This document shows positions 28,219 through 38,628 of a DNA stretch of 64,000 nt, piece after piece. This stretch comes from Terriglobales bacterium (GTDB lineage: Bacteria > Acidobacteriota > Terriglobia > Terriglobales > Acidobacteriaceae). Below the pieces are notes generated by a model. It ran no database searches and was not told the origin of the DNA. It was given only the letters and a program-made list of their open reading frames with translations. The first letter of the stretch is position 1. Each line of letters opens with the position of its first letter. Both the position numbers and the translations under genes were made by a program. Where the stretch lies: positions 11,293 to 75,292 of the forward strand of contig DATEJK010000117.1 in the NCBI GenBank assembly GCA_035278025.1, read 5' to 3'.

Positions 28219-28348
28219 ATTTGGCGCAATGTGTTTAGACGATCTCCAATGCTTCAACCCTCGGCGTACTTCGGGTCCTCTGCGGTGCTGGTTTAGTTAC
28301 ACTGGCATCTAATCGCGGGCGGGGGCGCCCGCGGCACAAGAGTTCAGG

Positions 28349-28385
28349 GGCTAAATGCTAAGTGCCAAATGCTAATTGCTGCCTT
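28349..28385. repeat. Single arm of the GCTAA(A/G)TGCTAA word repeat
   Basis: GGCTAAATGCTAAGTGCCAAATGCTAATTGCTGCC uses the same words, in reverse orientation, as 38702-38732 and 50060-50090. Confidence 0.5.
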
Positions 28386-28452
28386 CTGCCCCCTTGCCCA
28401 ATCCCGCGCTCAAACGGTACTCTGAACATTCCACAATTCCACAAGGAGCCCC

Positions 28453-29403
28453 ATGCCATCTGCCCCGCGCTATCTCTGGATGGACGGCGGCCTGGTTGAT
28501 TCCAAGGACGCCAACCTGCACTTCATCAACGCCGGCCTGCACTACGGCATCAGCGTATTTGAAGGAATCCGCTGCTACGCCACCGACCGCGGACCCGCCA
28601 TCTTCCGCCTGCCTGAGCACGTGGACCGGTTGCTGGATTCGGCCAACGTCATCGGCTTCCGCGACCTGCCCTGGAGCCGGGAGCAACTGATCTCGGCCAT
28701 TGACCAGACCGTGGCCGCCAACGGCTTCGGCGACTGCTACGTCCGCCCGCTAATCTGGCTGGATGGCGCCATGAACATGGTGGTGGAATCGGGCAAGCTG
28801 CGCCTGGGCATCGCGGTGTGGGAGTGGGGACACTTCCTGGGCGCGGAAGCGAAGGAGCGCGGCATTCGCGCCAACATTTCGTCGTTTACGCGCCACCATC
28901 CCAACATCGCCATGACCAAGGCCAAGGTTTCCGGAAATTATGTGAACTCGGTGCTGGCCAAAACCGAGTCTCTGCGCCTGGGATTCGACGAGGCCATCAT
29001 GCTCGACCCCGAAGGTTATGTGGCCGAGTGCACGGGAGAGAACATTTTCGTAGTGCGGCGGGGCACGGTTTACACGCCGCATACTGCCGCCATCCTGGAA
29101 GGCATCACCCGGGACGCGGTGCTTACTTTGTGCCGCGACCTGGGCTACCCGGTGGTGGAGCAGCCGGTTTCGCGCGATCAGCTTTATGTGGCCGAGGAAG
29201 TTTTTGTCTGCGGCACCGCCGCGGAAGTGATTGGTTTGCGGGAAATTGATATGCGCAAGGTGGGTGCCGGCAAGGCCGGCCCGGTGACTAAGGCGGTGCA
29301 GCACGCATTCGAACAACTCACCCGCGGCCGCCATCCACGCTCGGCGGAGTGGCTGCATCTTGTCAGCTCCGCGGAAGTGGCGCAAGCCGCCCCGCGACGA
29401 TAA
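28453..29403 (+). CDS. ilvE: Branched-chain amino acid aminotransferase (class IV)
   Basis: 316 aa with motifs VFEGIRCY, KAKVSGNYVNSVLA and ECTGENIFVV. Confidence 0.92.
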   Translation: MPSAPRYLWMDGGLVDSKDANLHFINAGLHYGISVFEGIRCYATDRGPAIFRLPEHVDRLLDSANVIGFRDLPWSREQLISAIDQTVAANGFGDCYVRPLIWLDGAMNMVVESGKLRLGIAVWEWGHFLGAEAKERGIRANISSFTRHHPNIAMTKAKVSGNYVNSVLAKTESLRLGFDEAIMLDPEGYVAECTGENIFVVRRGTVYTPHTAAILEGITRDAVLTLCRDLGYPVVEQPVSRDQLYVAEEVFVCGTAAEVIGLREIDMRKVGAGKAGPVTKAVQHAFEQLTRGRHPRSAEWLHLVSSAEVAQAAPRR

Positions 29404-29478
29404 GGATTCGCGCCTTGGGCCGAATTATGGGACCGACTTCCACAGCGGCTAAAGCCGAGTGTTGGTGCAGCGCTGGTC

Positions 29479-29498
29479 GGCATCGCTAAAGCGATGCC
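29479..29498. terminator. Stem-loop GGCATCGC-TAAA-GCGATGCC between convergent ilvE and the ADOP permease
   Basis: Perfect 8-bp stem with a 4-nt loop. No U-tract, so the terminator function is uncertain. Confidence 0.35.
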
Positions 29499-29561
29499 CT
29501 GTTACGAATCCGCTGTTTCATCGCGCAGGGCGTCAGCGCCGTCAGGCGCGCAATAGTAAAG

Positions 29562-29579
29562 CCAGGACGGAAGTCCTGG
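29562..29579. repeat. REP-like stem-loop CCAGGAC-GGAA-GTCCTGG
   Basis: Perfect 7-bp stem with a GNRA-type GGAA loop, embedded in CGCAATAGTAAAGCCAGGACGGAAGTCCTGGGTGG, a sequence style common as a dispersed repeat in soil bacteria. Confidence 0.4.
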
Positions 29580-29627
29580 GTGGCCCGCGGCAGACAGGGA
29601 GAACCCCGCAGGGGCGGCACTCACTTG

Positions 29628-32087
29628 CTACTCATAGTGCAGCGCCACCATGGGGTCCACGCTCATGGCGCGGCGCGCGGGAATAGCGCAGGCGGCCAGC
29701 GCCACCAGGGTCAGCAGTACGGAAACCGCTACATAGGTCAGAGGGTCGGTGGGGCTCACCGCCAGGAAGGTGCCCGCCACGCGCGACGCGGCCAGAGCTG
29801 CCAGTACACCCACCGCCAAGCCCAGCCCGACAATGACGATTCCCTGCCCCAGCACCATGCGGAGGATCTGGCCCGGCTGCGCGCCCAAGGCCATGCGCAC
29901 TCCGATCTCGTGCGACCTCTGGCTGGCAGCGTAGGAGATCACACCATATACTCCCACGACCGAGAGCGCCAGTCCAAGGATTCCCATCGCCGCCGCCAAC
30001 CCGGCCGCTACCTCGTAGGCGAGAAAACCGTTAAGCGTGTACAGCGCCTGAGTCATGGTCTTCACCTCGAAGACAGGCAACTCGGGCGCCAACGATCCGA
30101 TGGTTAGTTCCAATTCTGGAATCATGGTCTGGGGGTCTCCCACGGTGCGCACCTGTAGGGTTTGCAGGCTGGCATTGCGCACGTGCTGGGCGAAGGGAAC
30201 GTACGCCAGGGGATACTGGGGACCGCGCACAAAGATATAGCGGGCGTCTTTGGCCACGCCCACCACTTCGATGGAATGGCTGGGATCATTCGCCACGTGG
30301 AAGTGCTTTCCGATGGGGTCCTGGTTGGGCCAATACTGCTTCACGAAGGTCTGATTTACCACCGCCACGTATTGCGCCTTTTCGTCGTCGCGGTCGGTGA
30401 AGTCGCGCCCCTGAAGCAGGGGAATGGCGAGAGTCCGGAGGTTTTCCGGAGAGACGAAATTCATCACCGCCACGGGAGCCGGTTGCCCCGGGGGCGGATG
30501 ATAGCCCTCAATGGTCAGCGTGCCGCCGTTGCTGTAATAACCCAGAGGTACGGAAAAGGCGGTGCTGGCGGCGGTCACGCCCGGCAACGCGCGAACCCGC
30601 TGCAACAGGTTGCGGTAGAACTCCCGGGTCTGGGCCTCGTGATAGCCGATTTCCAGAGGGTCCATAGTCAGGTTCACCACGTGGGACGGATCAAAACCCA
30701 GATCGGTGCGCTGCGCCTGGCCCAGGCTGCGCGCAAAAAGAGCGGCGATGATGAGCAACATCAGCGAGCCGCCCACCTGCACCACCACCAGCCCGCTGCG
30801 CAACTTTTGCCCGCCCCCGATTAGCGCGCGTCCGCCCTGATGCAGCACCTGGTTCAAGTCGCGGCGCGCCGCCCGCAATGCGGGAAAAATGCCGACCATG
30901 ACTCCGGCTACCAGGGCCATGCCAAACGCATAAATGAAACCCCGCCAGTCGAAGCGAAAGTCCAGTTGGACGGGAAAATCGGTGTGCAGATTAATGGACC
31001 TCAGAGCCGCGCCTCCCCAGGTCCCCAGGATCATGCCGGCGGCTCCGCCCAGTACGGCCAGCAGAAGTCCCTCCGCCAGCAAGAGGCGGATCAGATGCCC
31101 GCGCCCCGCACCCAGAGCCGCCCGAATGGCCAGTTCCCGCTCCCGTACCGAGGCCCGCACCAGCAGAACGTTGCCCACATTCACACAGGCCAGCAGAAGC
31201 ACCAGAATTGCCAGCCCAAGAAACAACCCCGAAAGCAATTTCGTATTGGCGGTACGGGGATCGCCCAGGCGGGTGCTGGTTTCCGGGAAGACCAGCGCCT
31301 TCACGTTCTTATCCACGTCCGGATACTGCTGCGAAAGCCGTTGCGAAACCACGGTAAGCGAAGCCTGTGCCTGTTGCAGGTCCACGCCCGGACGCAGGCG
31401 TCCCAGCACGGACAGGCCCCGCTCTCCCCGGTTCTCCATGAAGCCCGGGGGATCGTTGATTGCCAGCATGCCCAAGGGCAGATACCCGGCGATGGCGACC
31501 AGGGGTTGAGCTCCATGGAAGCCCTGGGGAGCCACCCCGACCACGGTCACGGGCCTGCCGTCGAATACCACTTTCTTGCCAATAACTCCGGGATCGCCAC
31601 CCAGGCGATCCTTCCAGTAGGAATAGCTCAGCACAATCACCGGGTCAGCGCCAGGCGCGTTTCCTTCCGAAGGCAAAATTAGCCGTCCCAAAGCCGGCTT
31701 GAGCCCCAGCACGGAGAAGTAATTGCCGGTCACGAAGTTAGTGACAATGCGGTCAGCCTTGCCTTCGTCCACACTCAGCCCGTCCAGGCTCAATTCATAT
31801 CCCGCCAGCCCGTCAAAGACTGCCGTGGTCTGGCTGTGGATATCCCGGTAATCAGGGATGGAGACCGTGGCCAGCAGAATGTCCAGGTTCTGCTGCAGGC
31901 GCAAGACGGTGATCTCTCCGGGATTTTTGACCGGCAAGGGACGCAGAAGAAGCCAGTCCACCATGCTGAAAATCGCCACATTCGCGCCGATGCCCAATGC
32001 CAAGGTGACAATGGCGACCATGGCAAAGGTCGGGGTGCGGCGCATCTGCCGGGCGGCGTGACGAAAATCCTGCAGCAGAGTTCCCAT
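29628..32087 (-). CDS. ADOP-family (duplicated FtsX/MacB-type) orphan ABC permease
   Basis: Start moved to ATG 32087 (MGTLLQDFRHAARQMRRTPTFAMVAIVTLALGIGAN...), the characteristic N-terminus of this family. Two FtsX modules with two large periplasmic domains. Confidence 0.9.
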   Translation of the reverse strand: MGTLLQDFRHAARQMRRTPTFAMVAIVTLALGIGANVAIFSMVDWLLLRPLPVKNPGEITVLRLQQNLDILLATVSIPDYRDIHSQTTAVFDGLAGYELSLDGLSVDEGKADRIVTNFVTGNYFSVLGLKPALGRLILPSEGNAPGADPVIVLSYSYWKDRLGGDPGVIGKKVVFDGRPVTVVGVAPQGFHGAQPLVAIAGYLPLGMLAINDPPGFMENRGERGLSVLGRLRPGVDLQQAQASLTVVSQRLSQQYPDVDKNVKALVFPETSTRLGDPRTANTKLLSGLFLGLAILVLLLACVNVGNVLLVRASVRERELAIRAALGAGRGHLIRLLLAEGLLLAVLGGAAGMILGTWGGAALRSINLHTDFPVQLDFRFDWRGFIYAFGMALVAGVMVGIFPALRAARRDLNQVLHQGGRALIGGGQKLRSGLVVVQVGGSLMLLIIAALFARSLGQAQRTDLGFDPSHVVNLTMDPLEIGYHEAQTREFYRNLLQRVRALPGVTAASTAFSVPLGYYSNGGTLTIEGYHPPPGQPAPVAVMNFVSPENLRTLAIPLLQGRDFTDRDDEKAQYVAVVNQTFVKQYWPNQDPIGKHFHVANDPSHSIEVVGVAKDARYIFVRGPQYPLAYVPFAQHVRNASLQTLQVRTVGDPQTMIPELELTIGSLAPELPVFEVKTMTQALYTLNGFLAYEVAAGLAAAMGILGLALSVVGVYGVISYAASQRSHEIGVRMALGAQPGQILRMVLGQGIVIVGLGLAVGVLAALAASRVAGTFLAVSPTDPLTYVAVSVLLTLVALAACAIPARRAMSVDPMVALHYE

Positions 32088-32327
32088 AATTATTCCCACA
32101 GTTCTGTGGCAAGTTGTGGCATCTGCATCGCCAAACAACACCATCCAGACAAGCTGCTGAAAACAAATGATTAAACGTCACTTTTCCTCTGACCGTAACA
32201 CCGCGGCGGTGTCCACATGCGAAATGCACTGTTCGGAAGCGGACAGCAGGGCGGCAGCGGATTTGTCAGCGGCGGACCAATTAGAGATAATTCGCGGCGC
32301 AAGAGCTTTGGAAACTTCCACTTAGGA

Positions 32328-33713
32328 ATGGTGATGGAGAAAAAGGAAACACCGGCCGAGGGTAATCAGAGCACGAGCGGTTTGAATCGCAGAACCTTTC
32401 TCAAAGCGGGAGGCGCACTAGCGGCTTCCGCGCTGGCCATGCCCGCCAGCTCTTATGCCCGAATTCTGGGCGCCAATGACCGTATCCGGCTGGGACAACT
32501 GGGTTGCGGCGACCGCAGCGGCGGGCACGTGCACATGGTGCAGACCGCTTCCCCGACCATTCCGGCGGAGACCGTGGCGGTGTGCGACTTGTGGAGTCTG
32601 GCCCGCGAGCGCCGCGCCGCCGATGTCCAGCAGCGCTTTGGGCACGCTCCGCGGCAATACAAGTACTCCGAAGAACTGCTCAAACAGCCCGATATTGACG
32701 GGGTGATGATTGCCACCGGCGACTTCCAGCATGCCAAGCTGTGCATGGAGGTGGTGCGCGCGGGCAAGGACTGTTACGTGGAGAAGCCTTTCGCGAACGT
32801 CCTGCAGGAGGCGAAGGACGCGCGCGCGGTGGTGAAGGCCTCGCGCCAGGTAGTACAGATGGGCACGCAGCACCGCAGCCAGCCTTATCCGCTGGCGGCG
32901 CGCGACATCGTGCGCAGCGGACGCATCGGCAAAGTCATGCGCATTGAGCAGGAGTGGAACGTGAACCACGAGCGCTGGCATGGGCGTCCGGAGGTGGCGG
33001 AGTTAAAAGAACAGGATACGGACTGGAATCGCTGGTTGCTGGGCAAGCCCTACCAGCCATTCGACCCGCGTGTATACCTGGAGTTCCGGCTGTACAAGAA
33101 GTTCTCTTCGGGCATTTTCGATCAATGGATGAGCCACGGCGTGGACCTGGTCCACCTGTGGACGGATGCCACCGCTCCTGCGAGTGTGGTGACCAACGGC
33201 GGCGTCTTCGTGTGGAAGGACGGCCGCGAGAACGCCGACACCGTCACTACCAGCATGGTGTATCCGCAAGGGTTCCTGTACTCCTATTCGACGACCTTCG
33301 GGAACAGCTACCGCCCCTTCAGCCGCATTCTTGGGACTAAGGGTACGGTGGTGAACTATGGCGGCGAGGGGGCTTCCCTGTTCGTGGTGACGGGAGAGGG
33401 CCAGGAGCACGATCCGGTTTCCTATGATGCGCCTCCAGGCGGCGGGCCGGCCACGGACAAGGCGGAAGTGGTGCGTGTGGATCACATACCAGCGAACACC
33501 GAGGGACCCGATGATGACGATCCCGAGCATCTGCTGAACTGGCTGCGCGCCATGCGAGACCGGCGCACGCCCAACGCCAACGTGGACCACGGCTTCTCCC
33601 ACGCCGTGGCCTGCATCATGGCGACGGAAGCTTACTGGAGCGGCAAGAGGATGTACTGGGATGCGGAGAAGGAGGAAATTACCGACAGCCCGCCGGCTAC
33701 CCGGGCTAGCTAG
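32328..33713 (+). CDS. TAT-exported Gfo/Idh/MocA-family oxidoreductase
   Basis: Start moved to ATG 32328. Twin-arginine signal NRRTFLKAGGALAASALA. Rossmann-fold N-terminus IRLGQLGCGDRSGGH. Confidence 0.88.
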   Translation: MVMEKKETPAEGNQSTSGLNRRTFLKAGGALAASALAMPASSYARILGANDRIRLGQLGCGDRSGGHVHMVQTASPTIPAETVAVCDLWSLARERRAADVQQRFGHAPRQYKYSEELLKQPDIDGVMIATGDFQHAKLCMEVVRAGKDCYVEKPFANVLQEAKDARAVVKASRQVVQMGTQHRSQPYPLAARDIVRSGRIGKVMRIEQEWNVNHERWHGRPEVAELKEQDTDWNRWLLGKPYQPFDPRVYLEFRLYKKFSSGIFDQWMSHGVDLVHLWTDATAPASVVTNGGVFVWKDGRENADTVTTSMVYPQGFLYSYSTTFGNSYRPFSRILGTKGTVVNYGGEGASLFVVTGEGQEHDPVSYDAPPGGGPATDKAEVVRVDHIPANTEGPDDDDPEHLLNWLRAMRDRRTPNANVDHGFSHAVACIMATEAYWSGKRMYWDAEKEEITDSPPATRAS

Positions 33714-34261
33714 ATGTCTGGCTGACTAGCTGCTCATCTCGCGAGCAGGGTGGGCGCGGCGGGAAATCGGCGCAATCGCCGGCGATGGAGCCCGCTCCGC
33801 CGTTGTGTAAGTTGCTGTAGGGCAAGGTAAAAAATCGCGCTTTCGTCACACGGAAGTGTGCCGCAGATCACGGAAAACTCACGATATAGGGAGTAAAAAC
33901 GTAAATTGACTGGGTACGTCTGGGCCCCTTGATTTCATCGTGCTTGCGGTACAGCGGACGATGAAGTGAAGAGGAAGACGTGCCCAGCTTTGTTTTGGGC
34001 GAAAGTGTTAACCCGGTGTCCTGCCCGCAGCGCCTGAAGGCCAAATTTGCTTCTGCCACGATCGGCACGGCTGAAGCCCGTGCCCTGATACGAACTTCCC
34101 TGGCGCCAGGGCGGTGCGAATTGTAAAGCCGGGGAAGCGCCCGCCGGAAGCGTCTCGCCTGACTGTATAATTTCTAAACTGGAAGAAATGCTCGCGGCTG
34201 GTACGAGCTACCACGCCACAGCCGTCGCCTGCCAGGTCAACGGATCCAGCCGTCTCAGAAC

Positions 34262-35368
34262 ATGAAGCGCTTATTACAACGCATTTTTATCCTCTGGCCC
34301 CTGGGCCTCCTCCTGCTCACCGGCTGCGCGGAAAAGGCCGCTCCCGCACCGGTTGCGGATTCGGTTCCGGTCATGGCCGCCAAAGCGGTGGTCAAACCCA
34401 TGCCGGTGGAGTTGCACGCCATCGGCACGGGCGAGGCTTTCAAAACGGTCTCGGTGGAATCGCAGGTAGCGGGCATTGTCAGCGCGGTGCATTACCAACA
34501 AGGCCAATATGTCAAACAGGGGGAGTTGCTGATCAGCCTGGATGACCGGCCGTTCGTGGCCGCGCTCAAGCAGGCGCAAGCCAACCTGGCCAAGGACAAA
34601 GCAGCGGCGGAACTGGCCAGGGTCGAGGTAGAACGCTATAGCAAATTGTCACAGGCGGGCGTGGTGCCCAAGGAACAGTACGACCAGCAGCGCGCGAATT
34701 TCGACGCGGCGCAAGCGGCGGTGCAAGCCGACGAGGCTAATATCCTGACGGCCAAGCTGAACGTGGCCTACTGCTCGATTTACGCGCCCATTAGCGGGCG
34801 CACCGGGAGCCAGCTGATTTATCCCGGTACGGTGGTGAAGGCCAACGACGTGCCGGTGCTGGTGGTGATCAACCAAGTTTCCCCGCTTTACGTGGATTTT
34901 AATGTGCCCCAGCAGTACCTGACGCAAATCAAAAGCTACATGGCCAAAGGGCGGCTGCCGGTGCAGGCGGTGCCCTCGGACGATTCGCGGGCGGAGCTGG
35001 GGTACTTGAGCTTTGTGGACAACACGGTGGACGCTTCCACCGGCAACATCAAGCTGAAGGGAACGTTCTCCAACGCCGGCCTGAGGCTGTGGCCGGGCGA
35101 GTTCGTCAATGTGGTGCTGCGTCTGACGGAGCAGGAAAACGCGGTGGTAGTGCCGGCGCAGGCGGTGCTGACCGGGCAACAGGGCGACTACGTTTTTCTG
35201 ATCAAGCCGGACATGACGGTGGATTCGCACTCGGTAAAGGTGCTGCGGACCATCAACGGGGAATCGGTGGTGGCGGCCAACGACATTCAACCCGGCCAGA
35301 CGGTGGTGACGGACGGTCAGGTGCGGCTGGTACCGGGAGTGAAAGTGAGCATCAAGAACAGCCTCTGA
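34262..35368 (+). CDS. RND efflux pump periplasmic adaptor (membrane fusion protein), lipoprotein
   Basis: 368 aa. Lipobox LLLTGC. Coiled-coil hairpin region and barrel-sandwich motifs (IYAPISGRTG). Confidence 0.9.
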   Translation: MKRLLQRIFILWPLGLLLLTGCAEKAAPAPVADSVPVMAAKAVVKPMPVELHAIGTGEAFKTVSVESQVAGIVSAVHYQQGQYVKQGELLISLDDRPFVAALKQAQANLAKDKAAAELARVEVERYSKLSQAGVVPKEQYDQQRANFDAAQAAVQADEANILTAKLNVAYCSIYAPISGRTGSQLIYPGTVVKANDVPVLVVINQVSPLYVDFNVPQQYLTQIKSYMAKGRLPVQAVPSDDSRAELGYLSFVDNTVDASTGNIKLKGTFSNAGLRLWPGEFVNVVLRLTEQENAVVVPAQAVLTGQQGDYVFLIKPDMTVDSHSVKVLRTINGESVVAANDIQPGQTVVTDGQVRLVPGVKVSIKNSL

Positions 35369-35387
35369 GGACAGTCAAGAGATAGCG

Positions 35388-38300
35388 ATGAGCGTAGCCG
35401 AGGATTTTATTCGCCGGCCGGTAATGACCAGCTTGATCATGCTGGCCATTCTGCTGTTCGGCCTGGTCGCCTATCGCAACCTGGCGGTCAGCGACCTGCC
35501 CAACGTTGACTTCCCTACCATCACGGTTTCGGCCAACCTGCCCGGCGCCAGTCCGGACACCATGGCCTCGGCGGTGGCTACGCCGCTGGAAAAGCAGTTC
35601 ACCACCATCGCCGGCCTGGACTCGATGACCTCGACCAGCGCCATGGGCACGACGCAGATCACGCTGCAGTTCGATCTGACGCGCAACATTGACGCGGCGG
35701 CGCAGGACGTGCAGACCGCGATTACCGCGGCCTCCAACCAACTGCCGCAAGGGATGCCCACCCCGCCCACTTACAAGAAGGTGAATCCGGCCGACGAGCC
35801 CATTCTTTACCTGGCCCTGACCTCGCCCACGCTGCCGCTTTCGCAGGTGGACGAACACGCCGAGACGCTGCTGGGCGAGCAGATTTCCATGGTCAAGGGC
35901 GTGGCCCAGGTGCAGATCTACGGCTCCATGAAGTACGCGGTGCGCATTGACCTGGACCCGGACGCGCTGGCCAGCCGGCAGATCGGCATCAACGAAGTCT
36001 CGCAGGCGGTGCAGAACAGCAACGTGAACCTGCCCACGGGAACCATGTACGGCGCGCACAAGGCGTTTACCGTGTACGCCAACGGGCAGCTGACCAAGGC
36101 GGCGCTGTACAAGCCGCTGATCGTGGCCTACCGGAACGGCTCGCCGGTGCGCCTGGACGAAGTCGGCAAGGTGTACGACAGCGTGCAGGACACCAAGATC
36201 GCGAACTGGATCAATGCCGTTCCCGGCATCATCCTGGCGGTGCAGCGCCAACCCGGCACCAACACGATCGAGATCGTCAACGCGGTCAACAAGCTGCTGC
36301 CGCGGTTTCGCGCCATCATGCCGCCGGCGATGTACCTGACCACCGAGTATGACAAGTCCATCTCCATTCAGCAGTCGGTCAACGACGTAAAGTTCAGCCT
36401 GTTCCTGGCCATCATCCTGGTGGTGCTGGTCATTTTCCTGTTCCTGCGCAACCTTTCGGCGACCATTATTCCCAGCCTGGCGCTGCCCATGTCCATCATC
36501 GGAACGTTCGCGGTGATGTACCTGCTGGGCTACACGGAAGACAACCTATCGCTGCTGGCGCTGACGCTCTCGGTGGGCTTCGTGGTGGATGACGCGATCG
36601 TGATGCTGGAAAACATCGTGCGCCACATGGAGCAGGGCGAAGGCGTATTGGAAGCGGCGGTGAGCGGCTCGCGCGAAATCGGCTTCACCATCATCTCCAT
36701 GACGATATCGCTGGCGGCGGTGTTCCTGCCGGTGTTCTTCATGGGCGGGATTCTGGGGCGCCTGCTGCACGAATTTGCGGTGGTAATCATCTCCGCCATC
36801 CTGGTTTCGGGCGTGGTGTCGCTGAGCCTTACGCCGATGCTGTGCAGCCGCTTTCTGCGGCCGCACCTGGGGGAGCGGCACGGGCGCACTTACAACGCGC
36901 TGGAAGGCGTGTTCGACGGCAGCCTGCGCTGGTATGACGTGACCCTGCAGTGGGCCATGCGGCACCGTATTACGGTGATGGTGATTGGACTGGGGCTGCT
37001 GCTGGCGACGGCGTGGCAGTTCTGGGTGATTCCCAAGGGCTTCCTGCCGGAAGAAGACATCGCGGAAATTGTGGGCTTCAGCGAGGCGCTGCAGGGCATT
37101 TCCTTCGACGCCATGAAGCAGCACCAGGAACAGCTCAACAAGATTGTGTGGGACGACCCCAACACGCTGCAGTTCTTCTCCAGCGTGAGCGACAACGGCA
37201 CCGCCGGACTGAACATTGGGCGGATGTTCATTCACTTGAAGGATTTATCGAAGCGCCCCTACACGAGGAACGCTTTTTACGAGCGGCTGGACAGCGATTA
37301 CGGGAAGGTGCCGGTTGTGGGTTGGGGGGTGCAGGCGATTCGGCCCCTCTTCGAGCACCATATGGGCATCGCGGACATCATGCAGGAGCTGCAACCCAAG
37401 CTGGATACGGTGACCGGGGTTCGCGTTTATCTGCAGAATCCGCCGTCCATCCGCATCGGCGGCCAGCTCACCAAGAGCCTGTATCAGTACACGCTGGTGA
37501 GCCCGCAAACCGACCAGCTTTACAAATACGCCCAGCAGATGGCCACGAAGATGAAGACGCTGCCGGGGTTGCAGGACGTGACCACCGACCTGCAGATCAA
37601 GAACCCGCAGGCCAACGTGGAAATTGACCGCGATAAAGCTTCCGCGCTGGGGGTGACGCCGCAGCAAATTGAAGACGCGCTTTACACGGCCTACGGACAA
37701 CGCCAGATCTCCACCATCTACGCGCCCAACAACGAGTACTGGGTGATCATGGAGCTGGAAGACAAGTACCAGAGCGATCCGCAGATGCTCTCGGAACTGT
37801 ACATCCGCTGCGCCAACGGGCAGCTGGTGTCGCTGAGCACGGTGGCCAGGCTGGTGACCAACCTGGGACCGCTGACGGTGAACCACATGGGGCAGCTGCC
37901 CTCGGTGACCATCTCCTTCAACCTGCAGCCGGGAGTGGCGATTGGCGACGCGGTGAACGAGATTTCGCGCCTGGCGGCCAACACGCTGCCCCTGACCATC
38001 TCCACCAGCTTCCAAGGCAGCGCGCAGGCATTCCAACAGTCGCTGAGCGGCCTGGGCATGCTGCTGGGCATGGCCATCCTGGTGATCTACATTGTGCTGG
38101 GAATTCTGTACGAAAGCTTTATCCATCCGCTGACCATTCTTTCCGGCCTGCCGGCGGCGGCGTTCGGGGCGCTGCTGACGCTGATGGCGTTCCACATGCA
38201 GCTCGACCTGTTCGGGTTTGTGGGCATCATCATGCTGATCGGCATCGTGAAAAAGAATGCCATCATGGTGGTGGACTTTGCCCTGGAACTGGAGCGGACC

Positions 38301-38627
38301 GGCGGGCGCTCGCCGGCGGAGGCGGTTTACCAGGGTTGCCTGATCCGCTTTCGGCCCATCATGATGACCACCATGGCGGCCATCATGGGCACGCTGCCCA
38401 TCGCTTTGGGCATGGGCGCCGGGGCGGACGCACGCCGGCCGCTGGGCCTCTCGGTGGTGGGCGGGCTGGTTTTCGCCCAGATTGTGACCCTTTATTTAAC
38501 CCCGGTGTTCTACACCTACATGGATTCCCTGCAGAATTACCTGGGCCGAGGCGCGCGCAAGAGCTTTGCCCAGCCTGCCTTGCAGGAGCCGCTGCTGACC
38601 GAGCATTCGCAGCAGGTGGGAGACTAA
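35388..38627 (+). CDS. RND (AcrB/MexB-type) efflux transporter permease
   Basis: 1079 aa, 12 TM with two large periplasmic loops. Motifs FIRRPVMT, GFVVDDAIVMLENI and VKKNAIMVVDFA. Confidence 0.95.
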   Translation: MSVAEDFIRRPVMTSLIMLAILLFGLVAYRNLAVSDLPNVDFPTITVSANLPGASPDTMASAVATPLEKQFTTIAGLDSMTSTSAMGTTQITLQFDLTRNIDAAAQDVQTAITAASNQLPQGMPTPPTYKKVNPADEPILYLALTSPTLPLSQVDEHAETLLGEQISMVKGVAQVQIYGSMKYAVRIDLDPDALASRQIGINEVSQAVQNSNVNLPTGTMYGAHKAFTVYANGQLTKAALYKPLIVAYRNGSPVRLDEVGKVYDSVQDTKIANWINAVPGIILAVQRQPGTNTIEIVNAVNKLLPRFRAIMPPAMYLTTEYDKSISIQQSVNDVKFSLFLAIILVVLVIFLFLRNLSATIIPSLALPMSIIGTFAVMYLLGYTEDNLSLLALTLSVGFVVDDAIVMLENIVRHMEQGEGVLEAAVSGSREIGFTIISMTISLAAVFLPVFFMGGILGRLLHEFAVVIISAILVSGVVSLSLTPMLCSRFLRPHLGERHGRTYNALEGVFDGSLRWYDVTLQWAMRHRITVMVIGLGLLLATAWQFWVIPKGFLPEEDIAEIVGFSEALQGISFDAMKQHQEQLNKIVWDDPNTLQFFSSVSDNGTAGLNIGRMFIHLKDLSKRPYTRNAFYERLDSDYGKVPVVGWGVQAIRPLFEHHMGIADIMQELQPKLDTVTGVRVYLQNPPSIRIGGQLTKSLYQYTLVSPQTDQLYKYAQQMATKMKTLPGLQDVTTDLQIKNPQANVEIDRDKASALGVTPQQIEDALYTAYGQRQISTIYAPNNEYWVIMELEDKYQSDPQMLSELYIRCANGQLVSLSTVARLVTNLGPLTVNHMGQLPSVTISFNLQPGVAIGDAVNEISRLAANTLPLTISTSFQGSAQAFQQSLSGLGMLLGMAILVIYIVLGILYESFIHPLTILSGLPAAAFGALLTLMAFHMQLDLFGFVGIIMLIGIVKKNAIMVVDFALELERTGGRSPAEAVYQGCLIRFRPIMMTTMAAIMGTLPIALGMGAGADARRPLGLSVVGGLVFAQIVTLYLTPVFYTYMDSLQNYLGRGARKSFAQPALQEPLLTEHSQQVGD

Positions 38628-38628
38628 C

